64,000 nt of DNA, taken from Eledone cirrhosa (Eukaryota). Shown one piece after another: positions 63,455 through 64,000 of the stretch. Position numbers and translations under genes: made by a program. Each line of letters begins with the position of its first letter. Position 1 is the first letter of the stretch. The stretch covers positions 186,620,001 through 186,684,000 of the forward strand of contig OZ024740.1 of assembly GCA_964016885.1 (NCBI GenBank), read 5' to 3'. Under the pieces are notes generated by a model that saw nothing but the letters and a program-made list of their open reading frames with translations, was not told where the DNA came from and searched no databases.

Positions 63455-64000
63455 TTATCTTCCTCAGAAGGATGGTAGGAGTTAAGCTTTGAATACAGAG
63501 TGATATTTTGTCCAATGTTCTAAGAACTCTGCCTTTCACCACAATGTAACCTTCAGCTTGACTGGGGCATTGTATAACTAGAAAAAGGGAGTTGTGAGTT
63601 GAGCCTAGGGATTGCTTGATCAGATCTCACTTTTTTCTAATTTGTTCTTTATCAACAAATCATTTAAATTAAATAAATACATATGTTATTACAGCATTTA
63701 AATTTGCTTTATATTAACACAACACAGACTTATGGAATATATGGTATTAGTTGGTTTGTAAGAATAAGGCATTCAGTACTAAAACAAAATTTTAATTATG
63801 ATTACAGATAGCTAAATGTTGTGTAGATGTTCTATCATCACTCAGCTTTCTTTTATTCATTTGGATATTTTTCATAAGAATATTTGTTCCAAGGGCTCTC
63901 CTTTGAAATAGTCTCAAAGGACAATCACATCAATTCATTATTGGAGATGTTATCTCTTATTTAGATATGGTGCGCCTCAAGATTCAGTTTTGTGTTAGCC

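Overview
AT-rich eukaryotic genomic DNA with no complete host protein-coding gene, rRNA, true tRNA or CRISPR array. The very long (TA)n/(CA)n tracts, the tRNA-headed CORE-type and Meta-type SINEs, and the RTE LINEs with (TGA)n tails strongly resemble an octopus (coleoid cephalopod) intron or intergenic region; this is inferred from recalled repeat families, not from a search. The window is dense with old transposons: a degenerate ZMYM1-like hAT transposase; many RTE fragments, one carrying a C4HC3 PHD-type finger inside the RT; three R4/Dong-clade (restriction-like endonuclease) elements, all on the minus strand; two Tx1/L1-like pieces; a young 5'-truncated CR1 with an intact ORF; several Penelope-like relics with hammerhead ribozyme folds and fold-back palindromes; a non-autonomous Helitron; and hAT, piggyBac and pogo-type MITEs. 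The most notable structures are the Penelope hammerheads and fold-backs, a perfect 61-bp duplication flanking the R4/Tx1 cluster, a microhomology-bounded inverted duplication near 62-63 kb, a perfect palindrome centred on (TA)16, and nested or re-used insertion sites. Three weak candidate host exons are flagged. I did not find convincing evidence of a wholly new biological system. All identifications were made by eye, and element boundaries are approximate unless TSDs or TIRs are quoted.
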